Assembly (NCBI GenBank): GCA_963701085.1 | Contig: OY969561.1 | Span: 929,858-993,857 of the forward strand | Direction of reading: 5' to 3' | DNA: 64,000 bases | Origin: an uncultured bacterium | GTDB lineage: Bacteria > Babelota > Babeliae > Babelales > Vermiphilaceae | Part shown: in pieces, positions 1 through 9,822 of the stretch | Layout: each line of letters starts with the position of its first letter | How positions within the stretch are numbered: position 1 is the stretch's first letter | Made by a program: the position numbers and the translations under genes | Notes under the pieces: model-generated | The model's database searches: none | Seen by the model: the letters and a program-made list of their open reading frames with translations, nothing else | What the model was told of the DNA's origin: nothing

Positions 1-156
1 CTCGTCTTAAACGGCAATATAGATTTCCAAACAGACTTTGCCCAATTTTATAATCACCTCTTTTATATCAAACGCTTACTCATGCAAATTCAGGAAAAAA
101 AAGATATAGCGCTGGGTATTTATAAAGAAAAATCACCCCAGCGTCATTGCTGTTAA
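1..156 (+). CDS. 3' end of an unidentified CDS entering from upstream of the window
   Basis: Frame 1 is open from base 1 to TAA at 154-156 (...LMQIQEKKDIALGIYKEKSPQRHCC*). No recognisable motif. Confidence 0.3.
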   Translation, partial: LVLNGNIDFQTDFAQFYNHLFYIKRLLMQIQEKKDIALGIYKEKSPQRHCC

Positions 157-168
157 TAACAACTCTTC

Positions 169-1518
169 TTATTTTTTAACCTGTTCTTTGTCAGCAATAA
201 TTTTTCTAAAAATTTCATCGAACTTTTGCTCATAGTTTCTTAACTGCGAATCAGTCGCTGCAGAATACCGGAATATTTTAACGCCTGATGACGGATTCAA
301 TAACACTGCTGGCGTAAAAATAAGACGCGCTTGAAAATTATTAATACCCTCAATTAACTCTGGATGATTGCGATAAAAATGGAGAAAGTAACGAAGACTA
401 AAATCCCCTGCCTTTACACGTTCCATCAAGTTTTTAAATATAGGATTGTTTTCCTGCTCATTTTTAAACAATGTTGAATAATAATCTAATGCAGAAGACG
501 TTTTAGGAAATACCGTCTTTTCTACACTATGCAACACCATATCCATAGTTTTTTTATGCGCAGGATTGCCGCGAATCCACGATATATAGCCAATCTCATC
601 AATGCGCTCTTTGGGAACAAAAACCTGCAATAGCATTTGCTCATTGGTTTTATACACATTAACAAGAGACATTAGTTCTTTAATATATTTATGTGGCAAC
701 TCAAACTTATCAAAAATTTTTTCATAGACTACACGGCTGGGAGCCAAATGCCCGCGTGATTTTATAAAATATTGCCAGGTACATTCCGGTTGCACCCCAA
801 CATTGCCAAATAACGCTACATTAGCTGCAAAAAGAAAAGAACCCAATTCATGATCATTAATTAAACCACCTGCTTTGAGCTTATCAATAAGAAAATTTTG
901 CACATTGGATGGCCCTCCAGATACATCTTCAAAACGCAAAAAAATAAAGCTTTTCAGTAACTCTGCTGGCAGATGCTTAAAATGAAAATATAATCGCGTG
1001 TAGAGATCTTGTGGAACACGCCACGCATTATCGGCACAATGATAAAAAACATAATAATCATCTTTATATTCCTTTTCACGCGCCAAAATTGTATCGATCA
1101 TCTTCTGGTATGGTTTTGTATCATAAGTAGATGAAATCAGTTTTTTTATATCCAGCAATGACATGTGCGCTTCAGATTGGGTAAACGTATCAGACGAACT
1201 GTAAGAAGCAGGAAAAACCTTGCCACCCCTTGTAACACCAGCACCCTGTCCATGCTCTGTTAATGCATGAATCTGCTCCAGTGATAATTTACCAGGTACG
1301 GCACTATCTGATCTCTTTTCTTCAACTACTTTTTCTGGAACATGTACCGCAATATTTTTTTCAGCAAGAGGCTTGGGGAGTGGAGATTGCTGCGGTGCTA
1401 TTTGATTTGTTTTAGTAAAAAGCGATTTTGAAACGGCAGTTTCCATAATCGTTAATAAAAACAGTGCCAACAAAATCACGCCTATTTTTTTATATACCGC
1501 ACGCAGATTAATCTTCAC
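169..1518 (-). CDS. secreted hypothetical protein, family A (only intact copy of three)
   Basis: 449-aa uninterrupted ORF with hydrophobic leader GVILLALFLLTIMET. Paralogous to decayed copies at 3260-4482 and 4475-5776 (LLQVFVPKERIDEIGYISWI vs LLQIFVPKNIVDDIAYLAWI; LLNPSSGVKIFRYS vs LLNPASGVKIFRYT). No catalytic motif recognised. Confidence 0.7.
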   Translation of the reverse strand: MKINLRAVYKKIGVILLALFLLTIMETAVSKSLFTKTNQIAPQQSPLPKPLAEKNIAVHVPEKVVEEKRSDSAVPGKLSLEQIHALTEHGQGAGVTRGGKVFPASYSSSDTFTQSEAHMSLLDIKKLISSTYDTKPYQKMIDTILAREKEYKDDYYVFYHCADNAWRVPQDLYTRLYFHFKHLPAELLKSFIFLRFEDVSGGPSNVQNFLIDKLKAGGLINDHELGSFLFAANVALFGNVGVQPECTWQYFIKSRGHLAPSRVVYEKIFDKFELPHKYIKELMSLVNVYKTNEQMLLQVFVPKERIDEIGYISWIRGNPAHKKTMDMVLHSVEKTVFPKTSSALDYYSTLFKNEQENNPIFKNLMERVKAGDFSLRYFLHFYRNHPELIEGINNFQARLIFTPAVLLNPSSGVKIFRYSAATDSQLRNYEQKFDEIFRKIIADKEQVKK

Positions 1519-1676
1519 ATGATCTCCTTTTTTGATACCTGCACCTCTTTGTATCTATCCTAATTGAAATTTCAATCACAAATCAATATTACCCAAACCC
1601 TTGTTATCAATTTTTAATTTCAATTAAAGTAACATAAGAGAATGGTTTTACATTTTTTCAAAAAAAGGGGGATGTT

Positions 1677-3190
1677 ATGACGAAAAATTTTCTAAAATCT
1701 CGTTATCTAAAACTATGTGTAGCTGCACTATCATGTGTTAGTCCCATTGAAAGTAAACAAATAACACCAGCAAACATACCGGTAAAAAAACAAACAATAT
1801 CTCCGGTGCAAGCACAGCCAATAACACCCCCTGTACAACCACAACCAAAGCCTATTTTAACCCCTCAGGGCAATGGTGTGCAGCCAACAAAAATGATCCT
1901 GAAATTTTAGATATTAATAAATCAGTCAAAGTAATTAATAATCAGCATGATTGTAATCCAGCCAAATAATAATAATCAGGAATCTGCATGCCAGTGCTGT
2001 TTAACCTATGGCAAAGGTCGCTTTGGAGAAGAACAAACAGCAGATCAAATTATTGATCATTGCACGAATAAATCAAAACAATGCAATACATCTTCTATAA
2101 GCAGTATCAAGAGAAAATATAATGCACAGAATATGTCTTCAGACGATTTTCTCAACACACTCTATAGCAACACTACCGTTGTACATAAAATGGCTATTAA
2201 TCCTGCATTAATAAAATCAAATGGGAACCTAACAGAAGATGGCTTGGCCAGCATATTGGCCCAGGCATACGATGAAGGAAAATTAAAAAATAAAGATTTT
2301 AATGCAAAACAATGCCTAGAGGTTAAATCTCTTGGTTCTGGAAGCGGCTATAATACCGTACAACTGTTTAGAGTAACTTCAACATGTACCCCATCAACAC
2401 CACCTCTTTTATACATTGTTAAAGAATCAAAAAAAGGACTCACCGAATCAACCCATCTTAAACAAATAGAAGAATATCCTGGGATGAAAGACCTCATTGC
2501 ACCAAAAATAGTCAAAGGCTTCCCAACTATATCATTGCCATTCTTTTATTTCTCCTATCATCCACACCACCAAAATATTCATTACATCGCAACAATGCCT
2601 GAGCAAAAGGCGATGTCTTATTTAAACTACTCACTCAATTCCGCGATAATAAATCAGGAGCAAATGCAGAAAGAATCAAAAAAGCATATGAAATTCTCGG
2701 AACAGAACTGGGTAATTTTCATAAAAATTTTATGACGCCAGTACCAGGAAAAAAAATTGGTACAACAGTCGCTCATGGAGACTTGCATGTTAATAATATG
2801 TTCTATGATGAAAAACAGGACATTTTACCTTTATTGATAATGAAACAATGGTGCGATGTTTCAAAAAACCAAAAGGCCCAAAAATTGATTTTATGCGATT
2901 AATATTCCCACCATTTTCAAGCAATGACACTATTTACCAATTTAAAGAAATCATTAAGGGTGTAAACCCTGGTACTTATCTTAATATAACACTCACGCCG
3001 TTTATTAAAGGATATATCTTTGCATACAATACCCAGGATAGACAACAATTGTTACATGATTTAAAAGAAGAATATTACGACCAATATTAAAGCTAAACCT
3101 TTAAATTTTCATCCTAGTTATATAGAAGAAATTAACACCAAATACATTAATCCAATATTTGATAACATTGAAAAAACATTGGGTAAATAA
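1677..3190 (+). pseudogene. secreted kinase-fold phosphotransferase (aminoglycoside/choline-kinase-like), several frame changes as sequenced
   Basis: Signal-like N-terminus plus P/Q-rich linker (1677-1910), then fragments in different frames (1947-2735, about 2735-2830, 2848-3090, about 3095-3190). Gly-rich loop LGSGSGYN, Lys in YIVKE, catalytic-loop motif HGDLHVNNMF followed by FTFIDNE. Tail ...NPIFDNIEKTLGK* ends at 3188-3190. Confidence 0.5.
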
Positions 3191-3199
3191 TTAATAAAA

Positions 3200-3247
3200 A
3201 TGAGAAAAAGAAAGCAATGCAGTCATGCTCTCTTTTTCTCATTTTTT
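3200..3247. terminator. bidirectional rho-independent terminator between convergent genes
   Basis: Perfect 12-bp stem ATGAGAAAAAGA (3200-3211) / TCTTTTTCTCAT (3231-3242), with an A-run before and a T-run after. Confidence 0.5.
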
Positions 3248-3259
3248 CATAAATGATTA

Positions 3260-4482
3260 TTATTTTTTTGATGCAACAATCTTCTGTATAATTTGATCTA
3301 AACGCTCTTCATATTTTTCCATTGATTTATGATCTACATCAGTATATCTAAATATTTTAACCCCAGACGCAGGATTTAATAAAATATCATCTGTTAAAAG
3401 CAAACGCGCCTGAGCATAATTAATACCATGTAAATCTTCTGGCTTATTACAATAAATCTTCAAATACGCATTGATACTATAATCACCCTTTTCAATATTC
3501 TGATCATTCTTTTAAATAAAGGATCTTTTTCCTGTTCTTTTTTAAATTTATCTTTTAATGCTGCCAATGCCATCATATTTCCCGATTTACCTGGTTCACC
3601 TTTATATTTTTTGCGTTTTACATTAGTACGAACCCAGTAGAAAATTCACCGTCAGCAGGAATACCGGTTATCCATGCTAAGTAAGCAATATCATCCACTA
3701 TGTTTTTGGGAACAAATATTTGCAAAAGAGACTCATGCTTTAAGAACACTCCATCAAATCCCATTAATTCATCAATATACGTATAAGATAGTCCAAACTC
3801 ATCCATTATAGCTTCATAATATGAGCGCTCCAGTTCCACATGAGACTTTTCTTCCATAAAATACGTCCATGTTGCTTCATTCTCAAAACCGGCATTTCCA
3901 AACGAGGTTATATTTGTTGACAACAACATCCCTGAGCTTCATTCTGATCATCAACAAGACCATGTGCTCTCAATTCTTTCACTAAAAACTCTTTTGCTTT
4001 GAGCTTACTCAACCCTTAGCCCTCAAAAGAACAAACTCTCCACTCTTTTGTGTTTTTGATCAATTAAAATGATGAGATAATCTTGTTAATGCATCTTGCC
4101 AAACCATCCATTTTTGAGAAGTCCCGTGATAAAACGCCCAATGGGTATTTTTAAATTCAGTCTCTTTTGTAATTACCCGAGAAATAATATCAAAATAAGG
4201 CACCACTTGCTTTGAATAATTTTCTTGAATAAATCTCTTTATTTTCTTCAACTGTAAATGCGCTTGTGTCGATTATATAAATCAGAGTAATTTGAGATTG
4301 AAGCTCTGTCAGATTTACCTCTTGAACTCCTGCATGCCGCGCTACCGTCTCTCGTTCTTTTTCTAATGCCATTTGCACAACAGGATTTTTAAGTTGTTTT
4401 GACAATACAGGTACAGTAGTCAAAAATGAGATAATAACAAAAAAAATTTTTATATACCAAATCTGTTATTTACGTTAAACAT
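3260..4482 (-). pseudogene. family A paralogue, decayed (at least 4 frame breaks)
   Basis: Fragments 3260-3463, 3618-3929, 4060-4251 and 4190-4423 are colinear with the 169-1518 protein (WAFYHGTSQKWMVWQDALTRL vs YVFYHCADNAWRVPQDLYTRL). The ATG at 4482-4480 overlaps the stop of the next copy (ATGTTTAA). Confidence 0.6.
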
Positions 4483-5776
4483 TTTCTTCTCCTTCTTTTT
4501 CAACGATTATTTCATCAATTATCTCATTTAACCGTTTATAGTATTCTTTTAATCTTTCCTTTGATACCGTTGAATAACGGTAAAACTGTACACCTGCTGC
4601 TGGATTCAATAAAACATCTGATAAAAAATAAGACGTACTTGTGTATTATTTATATCTGGCATTTCCCATGGTTTATTACGATAAGCTTTTAAATATCCAT
4701 TCACACTAAAATCACCCGCCTGAACACTTTCTATAAGATCTTTAAATAAAGGGTTTTTTTATGTTGCCTTTTTTAAATTGCTTCGCCAAGTCCTCCAGTT
4801 GCCATTCAGCAACGTGCTTACCCTCTTTATGTGTTAGTAGTTTTTTTTCATATACTTTTTTATCCAATCAATTGATTCTTCATGCAAAGGCATACCTTTT
4901 GACCATGACTGGTAACCAATATCATCAATTCTATTTTGCGGGACAAATATTTGAAGCAAGGTATTTTCTTTTGTGTCATACAATTCACAAGAGACAGTAA
5001 TTCATCAATATATTTATGAGTTAACCCAAATTTATCCATCATTTTTTCATAAATTTTGCGATCAGGAACTTTATGTCCTATATCTTTTAAAAAATAATAC
5101 CATCTACATGAAGTACATCTGTACCATTATTACCAAACAGTGATACGTTTACTGATAAAAGAATTCCCTTTAAATCTCCCATATCATTAACAATCCCATT
5201 TTTCTTTAATTCATCAATCAAAAATTCTTTGGCATTACGTTCAGGCAAATCCTAAATCTTAAAAAGGAAAAAGTCTTTCCAATTTTTTTTCCTGACGGAT
5301 TTTGCCGAATATATAACTGCGTATATACATCTGCGCAAGACGCCATTCATTATCAGTCGTATGATAAAAGGCATAATGATTGCTTTTCAATTCTTGTTCT
5401 TTTACCAAGCAATCAGAAATAATATTAAGATAAGGAATATATATCGGGAACTTGACTCTTCTGTAAGTAAATCTTTTATACGCGTAAGCTGTAAAAAGGC
5501 TTCTGTTTGCGTAAATTGATCTGATGTTCCTTGTGCCTGAACAACTCGCACTGGGGCTACCTGCGGTACTTTTGGTGCTATAGGAGCACCTATAAAAGGT
5601 TTTGATTCTATTTGAGGAATTTTTACAACAGGCTTTACTGCCCCCGACTGCACCTGTTTACCCTCAACCCCACCAAAAAACGATAGCAAGGCTACAAATA
5701 AACTTATCCGGCCCTGCCTTAACAAATTTTTAATTAACTGCTTCCGACTACCCTCTCCCCCTTTTAAATGCATCAC
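4475..5776 (-). pseudogene. family A paralogue, decayed
   Basis: N-terminal fragment 5402-5776 (leader LFVALLSFFGG; FTQTEAFLQLTRIKDLL vs FTQSEAHMSLLDIKKLI). Internal fragment 4860-5042 (MMDKFGLTHKYIDELLSLVN vs IFDKFELPHKYIKELMSLVN). C-terminal remnant ...NPAAGVQFYRYS...EIIVEKEGEENV* ends at 4475-4477. Confidence 0.55.
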
Positions 5777-5850
5777 TAAAATTTACTACCTGATATTATT
5801 CTAGTAGAATCAGAAAACAAATAGCAACAATTGCATTAAAAGTTAATCAA

Positions 5851-5886
5851 AAAAGCGCTCCAGGATTAACCCAGAGCGCTTTTTTT
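5851..5886 (-). terminator. rho-independent terminator downstream of truB (symmetrical, could act on both strands)
   Basis: 10-bp stem AAAAGCGCTC (5851-5860) / GAGCGCTTTT (5874-5883) with T-run 5880-5886. The minus-strand reading gives a hairpin plus T-run about 24 nt after the truB stop. Confidence 0.5.
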
Positions 5887-5909
5887 AAACTACAAAAAAA
5901 ACAAAGTCT

Positions 5910-6713
5910 TTATAAAAAATTTGTGGATATAACAAGCCGATTAATATCATCAACGGTTTTAATTGCCATCAAATCTGTCGCCTGAGACAGATCAAATGGC
6001 CCTATTGCGGTACGAGCGAGCTGATAGGTCGTCGCACAGCTGCCTGCCCTACTTTGCTCTCCGCTCATCCTGCGTGCCCGAAGAAGCCTTGGCGAAGTCG
6101 GGAGCTCTACGAGCTCCGAAGGGCAAGCGCGCACAGCAATATCATTAACCAGCGTACGAATGTACGTTCCATGAGAAACGCGTGCTTGAATAGTAAATTG
6201 CGGAGATTCATAGGATAAAAGCTGCAGTTCATATAATTGAACGGTCCTGCGCTTACTTTCAGCTATGCTTTGCAGCTCTTGCGTACTCATCACATTGTGA
6301 CGAGCCAATGCATATAATCGAGCGCCTTGATGCTTAAGGGCAGAATACAGCGGTGGAATTTGCTCATATGATGAGCCAAAAGACAGTATCGAAACTCTTA
6401 TTTCTTCTTCTGAAGGGATGTGTGCGCATGTTGCAACTATTGTACCTGTATGATCAAGCGTATCAGTTAACTCACCACACTTGCCGGTTGCAACGTACGT
6501 TTTTTCCATCACCATGATACGGGAAAGAAGCCGCGTTGCTTCTCGTCCCAAGGCAACAATAAGAAGTCCAGATGCAAAAGGATCCAGGGTTCCTGCATGA
6601 CCGATTTTAATTTTTTGCTTTAAAATACGTTTAAGATACCCAATGCATCCGTAGGAACTCATGCCGGTGGGTTTGTTGATGAGGAGAAAACCAGAAGAAA
6701 CAATATTATTCAT
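5910..6713 (-). CDS. truB: tRNA pseudouridine-55 synthase TruB, carrying an in-frame repeat-derived insert
   Basis: GHAGTLDPFASGLL catalytic-Asp motif, GTYIRTL motif, TruB-like length and order. The C-terminal third contains an extra GC-rich segment of about 32 aa (see repeat 6030-6136). Confidence 0.9.
   Translation of the reverse strand: MNNIVSSGFLLINKPTGMSSYGCIGYLKRILKQKIKIGHAGTLDPFASGLLIVALGREATRLLSRIMVMEKTYVATGKCGELTDTLDHTGTIVATCAHIPSEEEIRVSILSFGSSYEQIPPLYSALKHQGARLYALARHNVMSTQELQSIAESKRRTVQLYELQLLSYESPQFTIQARVSHGTYIRTLVNDIAVRACPSELVELPTSPRLLRARRMSGEQSRAGSCATTYQLARTAIGPFDLSQATDLMAIKTVDDINRLVISTNFL
6030..6136. repeat. half copy of palindromic repeat family RE-A embedded in frame in truB
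   Basis: CCGCTCATCCTGCGTGCCCGAAGAAGCCTTGGCGAAGTCGGGAGCTC...TCCGAAGGGCA aligns with the right arm of the intergenic element at 6821-6877 (CCGCTCGCCCTGAGTGTCCTACGAAGCCTTGACGTAGTAGGATGTATCGAAGGGTA). Local GC is far above the surrounding gene. Confidence 0.6.
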
Positions 6714-6730
6714 AATACAAGTTACAGTTA

Positions 6731-6883
6731 TTCCGCACCCTTCGATACACCCCTTCGGGGCACTCAGGGCGAGCGGAGGGGAAAATTTTTTGAATTTTTA
6801 AATTTGAAAACTATCTTCTCCCGCTCGCCCTGAGTGTCCTACGAAGCCTTGACGTAGTAGGATGTATCGAAGGGTATGCGGGA
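6731..6883. repeat. palindromic repeat RE-A, full copy (two inverted arms around an AT-rich centre)
   Basis: Left arm CCGCACCCTTCGATACACCCCTTCGGGGCACTCAGGGCGAGCGG. Right arm CCGCTCGCCCTGAGTGTCC...GTATCGAAGGGTATGCGGGA. Lies 9 nt 3' of the tyrS stop. Confidence 0.8.
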
Positions 6884-6891
6884 CAAATAAT

Positions 6892-8019
6892 TTATTTAAT
6901 TTTATAAATACGGTGCTTACCAACCTTAACAATCATTCCTGATTGCCATGTCACCACAGCCTTAAAATCAGTAACAGCCATATCATCCAAATGCACCGAG
7001 CCGGTTTCAATCAGCCGTTTTGCATCTGATGAGCTGTTTACCGCGCCTAAAACTTTAAGGAAATCAACAATCCAGACCGGATTTGCAAAATTATCAGGCA
7101 AAGCAACTTGCTCAGCTTTGGAATAATCATGTTTTTGGAATAAAGCTTCAAACTGCTGACGCGCTTGAACAGCATCATCAGCGGACCAAAAACGTGCAAT
7201 AATGTTTTGTGCCATATCTTTTTTGAGCTGCATTGGATGCAACTTGCCAGCACTAATTTCCTTTTTCATTTCCTCAACCTGTTGCGAAGTTTTACTGAGC
7301 AACAAAACATAATACTGCCACATAAGCTCATCAGACATAGACATCAATTTACCAAATGCATTACTTGCTGGCTCATTCAAACCAACAGCATTACCCAATG
7401 ATTTTGACATCTTATGTACACCATCAAGACCAACAAGAAGCGGCGTTGTTATAGCAACTTGCCCTTTTTGACCATATTGCTCCTGTAAAAACCGCCCCAT
7501 CAAAAGATTAAAGGTCTGATCTGTGCCACCCAATTCAACATCAGCTTCAAGAACTACAGAATCATATGCCTGAAAAACGGGATATAATAGCTCATGTAAG
7601 CTAATCGGTTCATTGTTTTTGATACGTTTTGCAAAATCATCACGCTCGGTGATACGTGCAAGCGTTACTTTGGCAAGAATGCCAACCAAATCATTACTCG
7701 TTAACGTACCAAGCCATGTAGAATTATATTTAATAATAAGCGTTTTTGGGTCTAATATTTTACTTGCCTGATCAAAATACGACTTCAAATTATGTTGAAT
7801 AACTTCAGGAGTTAAAGGCGGACGTGTTTTATCGCGGCCAGTAGGATCACCAATTTGTGCAGTAAAATCACCAATTAAAAAAATAACTTCATGTCCAAGA
7901 TCCTGAAACTGTTTTAATTTGGAAAAAACAACCATATGCCCCAAATGTAAATCAGAAGCCGTAGGATCAGCACCAAGTTTTACTTTAAGCTTTTTTCCAC
8001 TTTTAATTGCTGAAACCAA
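6892..8019 (-). CDS. tyrS: tyrosyl-tRNA synthetase (N-terminus probably extends to 8089 across a 1-nt frame change)
   Basis: HIGH-type motif DLHLGH, KMSKS motif, C-terminal S4-like domain. The ORF-track start is TTG. An ATG at 8089 (MDKIEK) joins ...TLELLRSGTVNIYSEDSLVSAIKSGKK if one base near 8072-8078 (A-run) is removed. Confidence 0.9.
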   Translation of the reverse strand: MVSAIKSGKKLKVKLGADPTASDLHLGHMVVFSKLKQFQDLGHEVIFLIGDFTAQIGDPTGRDKTRPPLTPEVIQHNLKSYFDQASKILDPKTLIIKYNSTWLGTLTSNDLVGILAKVTLARITERDDFAKRIKNNEPISLHELLYPVFQAYDSVVLEADVELGGTDQTFNLLMGRFLQEQYGQKGQVAITTPLLVGLDGVHKMSKSLGNAVGLNEPASNAFGKLMSMSDELMWQYYVLLLSKTSQQVEEMKKEISAGKLHPMQLKKDMAQNIIARFWSADDAVQARQQFEALFQKHDYSKAEQVALPDNFANPVWIVDFLKVLGAVNSSSDAKRLIETGSVHLDDMAVTDFKAVVTWQSGMIVKVGKHRIYKIK

Positions 8020-8105
8020 TGAATCTTCAGAATAAATATTTACCGTTCCTGAGCGTAAAAGCTCTAGCGTCTTTTTCTATTTTATCCATAATACTTTTTT
8101 ACCTA

Positions 8106-8819
8106 TCAAGCAATGCCGATAACATGAGCAATAATAAGACCTATATAAGAAATTAAATGTACTGATAACAACCGAAATAAAGGAGAAAAAAACAAAATAA
8201 GAAAAATCGGCAACCCGATTGTTATATACTGTGCATACTGAGCAATTTTATGATAATGATCTGCAAGGACAAAAAGAACATAATTACTGAAGTTAATAAT
8301 AAAATACAACACACCAAGCACCACGTTAAGATACACAAATGCAAACACGATAAAGCCAATAGATACTATCAATGATGAAACATCGGGATACATGTTTGCG
8401 ATAGGAAGATGTGATACATTATACGTCAAAACCATATACCGCATCACCCCGATAATATTTACATCAAAAATAGCAAGCAATGCTATGATGCCAATTACAC
8501 TCAACACAAAATGCATAAATGTATCACTTAAATATGCTGCTCCAAGTTTTAATGCGCGATGCGGCTCGGTAATCAGCAATGGATTAATGGGTACCATACG
8601 TCCCCATCCAAAATAGAAGCTAAAAAGAAAAAATAAACCAACAGGATCAATATGCACCATTGGATTCCAACTTGCATATCCCAAACGCATTCCCGTATCA
8701 TCGCCCATCTCATAGGCAACCCACGTGCGAAACACGTTCGATACGGTGATAACCACAAGATACGCAATAAAAAAACTAATAATGCCTATGAGCATTTCCG
8801 CAGTGTGTAATGTAATCAT
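8106..8819 (-). CDS. site-2-protease (peptidase M50)-like polytopic membrane protein lacking the HExxH motif
   Basis: ITVSNVFRTWVAYEMGDDTGMRLGYASWNPMVHIDPVGLFFLFSFYFGWGRMVPINP is colinear with the usual M50 core (..HE..HA.VA..LGD.TA...GRLTLNP..HIDP.G......FGWA.PVPVN). HExxH is replaced by SNVFR and no PLDG-type motif was found later. Confidence 0.7.
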   Translation of the reverse strand: MITLHTAEMLIGIISFFIAYLVVITVSNVFRTWVAYEMGDDTGMRLGYASWNPMVHIDPVGLFFLFSFYFGWGRMVPINPLLITEPHRALKLGAAYLSDTFMHFVLSVIGIIALLAIFDVNIIGVMRYMVLTYNVSHLPIANMYPDVSSLIVSIGFIVFAFVYLNVVLGVLYFIINFSNYVLFVLADHYHKIAQYAQYITIGLPIFLILFFSPLFRLLSVHLISYIGLIIAHVIGIA

Positions 8820-8905
8820 ATAATTATAAACTCATAAAAGTAGATAGGAGTAACATAAAAAGTTTACCCCTATTTGACGTATGGGTCAAATTAGCACCTA
8901 TTATC

Positions 8906-8941
8906 CAAAAAAATGAGCGCCTACTATAGTCAGTAGGCGCC
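8906..8941 (-). terminator. rho-independent terminator after the 8960-9316 gene
   Basis: 9-bp GC-rich stem GCGCCTACT (8917-8925) / AGTAGGCGC (8932-8940). A-run 8907-8913 gives a T-run on the minus strand. Confidence 0.45.
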
Positions 8942-8959
8942 CGTCATATGTACTATTGT

Positions 8960-9316
8960 TTATTGATTTTCTCTTGCCTTTATACGTCTATTCTCTTCTT
9001 TTGCAAGATCCCAATATTTATCAATAGTCTCGTCTATTTCCTGATAAGTATAAGGTTTATTCCCGTAATATACTTCTTCAAATCCTTTAAGTCTTGCACG
9101 TACTTTGTTTAAGTATTTCGTATCTGGAAAAAAATTTTGAGACTTTGGATCAAGAACGTCAGAAGTCATTTTGATTTCACGTTGTATCCATCTTTTAGTT
9201 TCTTCATTCAAATAAGGATTTACTGTTCGACGTTCCATTGCAGTTATTTGAACTGCTGCAAATAATGTGATTACCAGGGCTACGCCTGTGCTAAGATATT
9301 TTTTTGTGTTTTTCAT
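8960..9316 (-). CDS. small secreted hypothetical protein
   Basis: The ORF-track ORF runs to 9358, but AGAGGAG lies 8 nt before the ATG at 9316 (MKNTKKYL...). Leader ends ...AAVQITAMERRT. Confidence 0.55.
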   Translation of the reverse strand: MKNTKKYLSTGVALVITLFAAVQITAMERRTVNPYLNEETKRWIQREIKMTSDVLDPKSQNFFPDTKYLNKVRARLKGFEEVYYGNKPYTYQEIDETIDKYWDLAKEENRRIKARENQ

Positions 9317-9613
9317 AAAAAAGCTCCTCTTTTTTGAAAATGATACTATATCTATCACTTATAACACTATCTAATTCTGATTCAATTTGTCAATAAAAAT
9401 TAAATAAATGTTGGAACTCTATGAAAATGTCACCTCTGAACTATAGAAAAATATCACATTTGGATGGTGTAAATATAGGCAGTCGCCTTTTTATGGTAGG
9501 ATATGGTAGGATGGGTTAAAACCTTCAAAATTTAACCTATAAACCAAAAAAACTGGTAGAAAGAAATCACCTTCTTTACCCATTTTTCATATTTTTTAGG
9601 CAACAATAAGCTC

Positions 9614-9739
9614 TTAAATACCGAGTTTTTTAAAAAGTTCTTTAATATCTTTATATTCTGTAATACCCTTACCCTTTTCAGCATTTTTAATGGCCTTAAG
9701 AGTTTTTTTGTTAGGATACTTTCTTTTTTTTCTTTTCAT
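9614..9739 (-). pseudogene. DinJ-like antitoxin C-terminal remnant (41 codons)
   Basis: MKRKKRKYPNKKTLKAIKNAEKGKGITEYKDIKELFKKLGI* resembles the E. coli DinJ tail (...PNQLTIQSIKNSEAGIDVHKAKDADDLFDKLGI, recalled from memory). The ribbon-helix-helix N-terminal domain is missing. Downstream 9430-9610 holds only broken YafQ/RelE-like scraps (PVFLVYRL). Confidence 0.35.
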
Positions 9740-9822
9740 ACCTAAAATCCATCATCTTGTCGAAGAACACAAACACTATATACTTATACATAAATTACTA
9801 TGTTTTTTAAATCAGAGTCACC

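Noticed and set aside
7047-7401. ORFs 7047-7253 (-) and 7165-7401 (+) within tyrS
   Set aside because: They are off-frame or antisense shadows of a strongly supported gene and have no motifs. The same reasoning applies to 8392-8616, 8573-8767, 16081-16317, 16612-16842, 17054-17443, 18389-18634, 19020-19397, 19105-19362, 29965-30162, 44960-45151, 54430-54814 and similar track entries.
9491-9515. Microsatellite-like ATGGTAGG ATATGGTAGG ATGGGT
   Set aside because: It is only two to three imperfect units inside a decayed intergenic region, too short to interpret.
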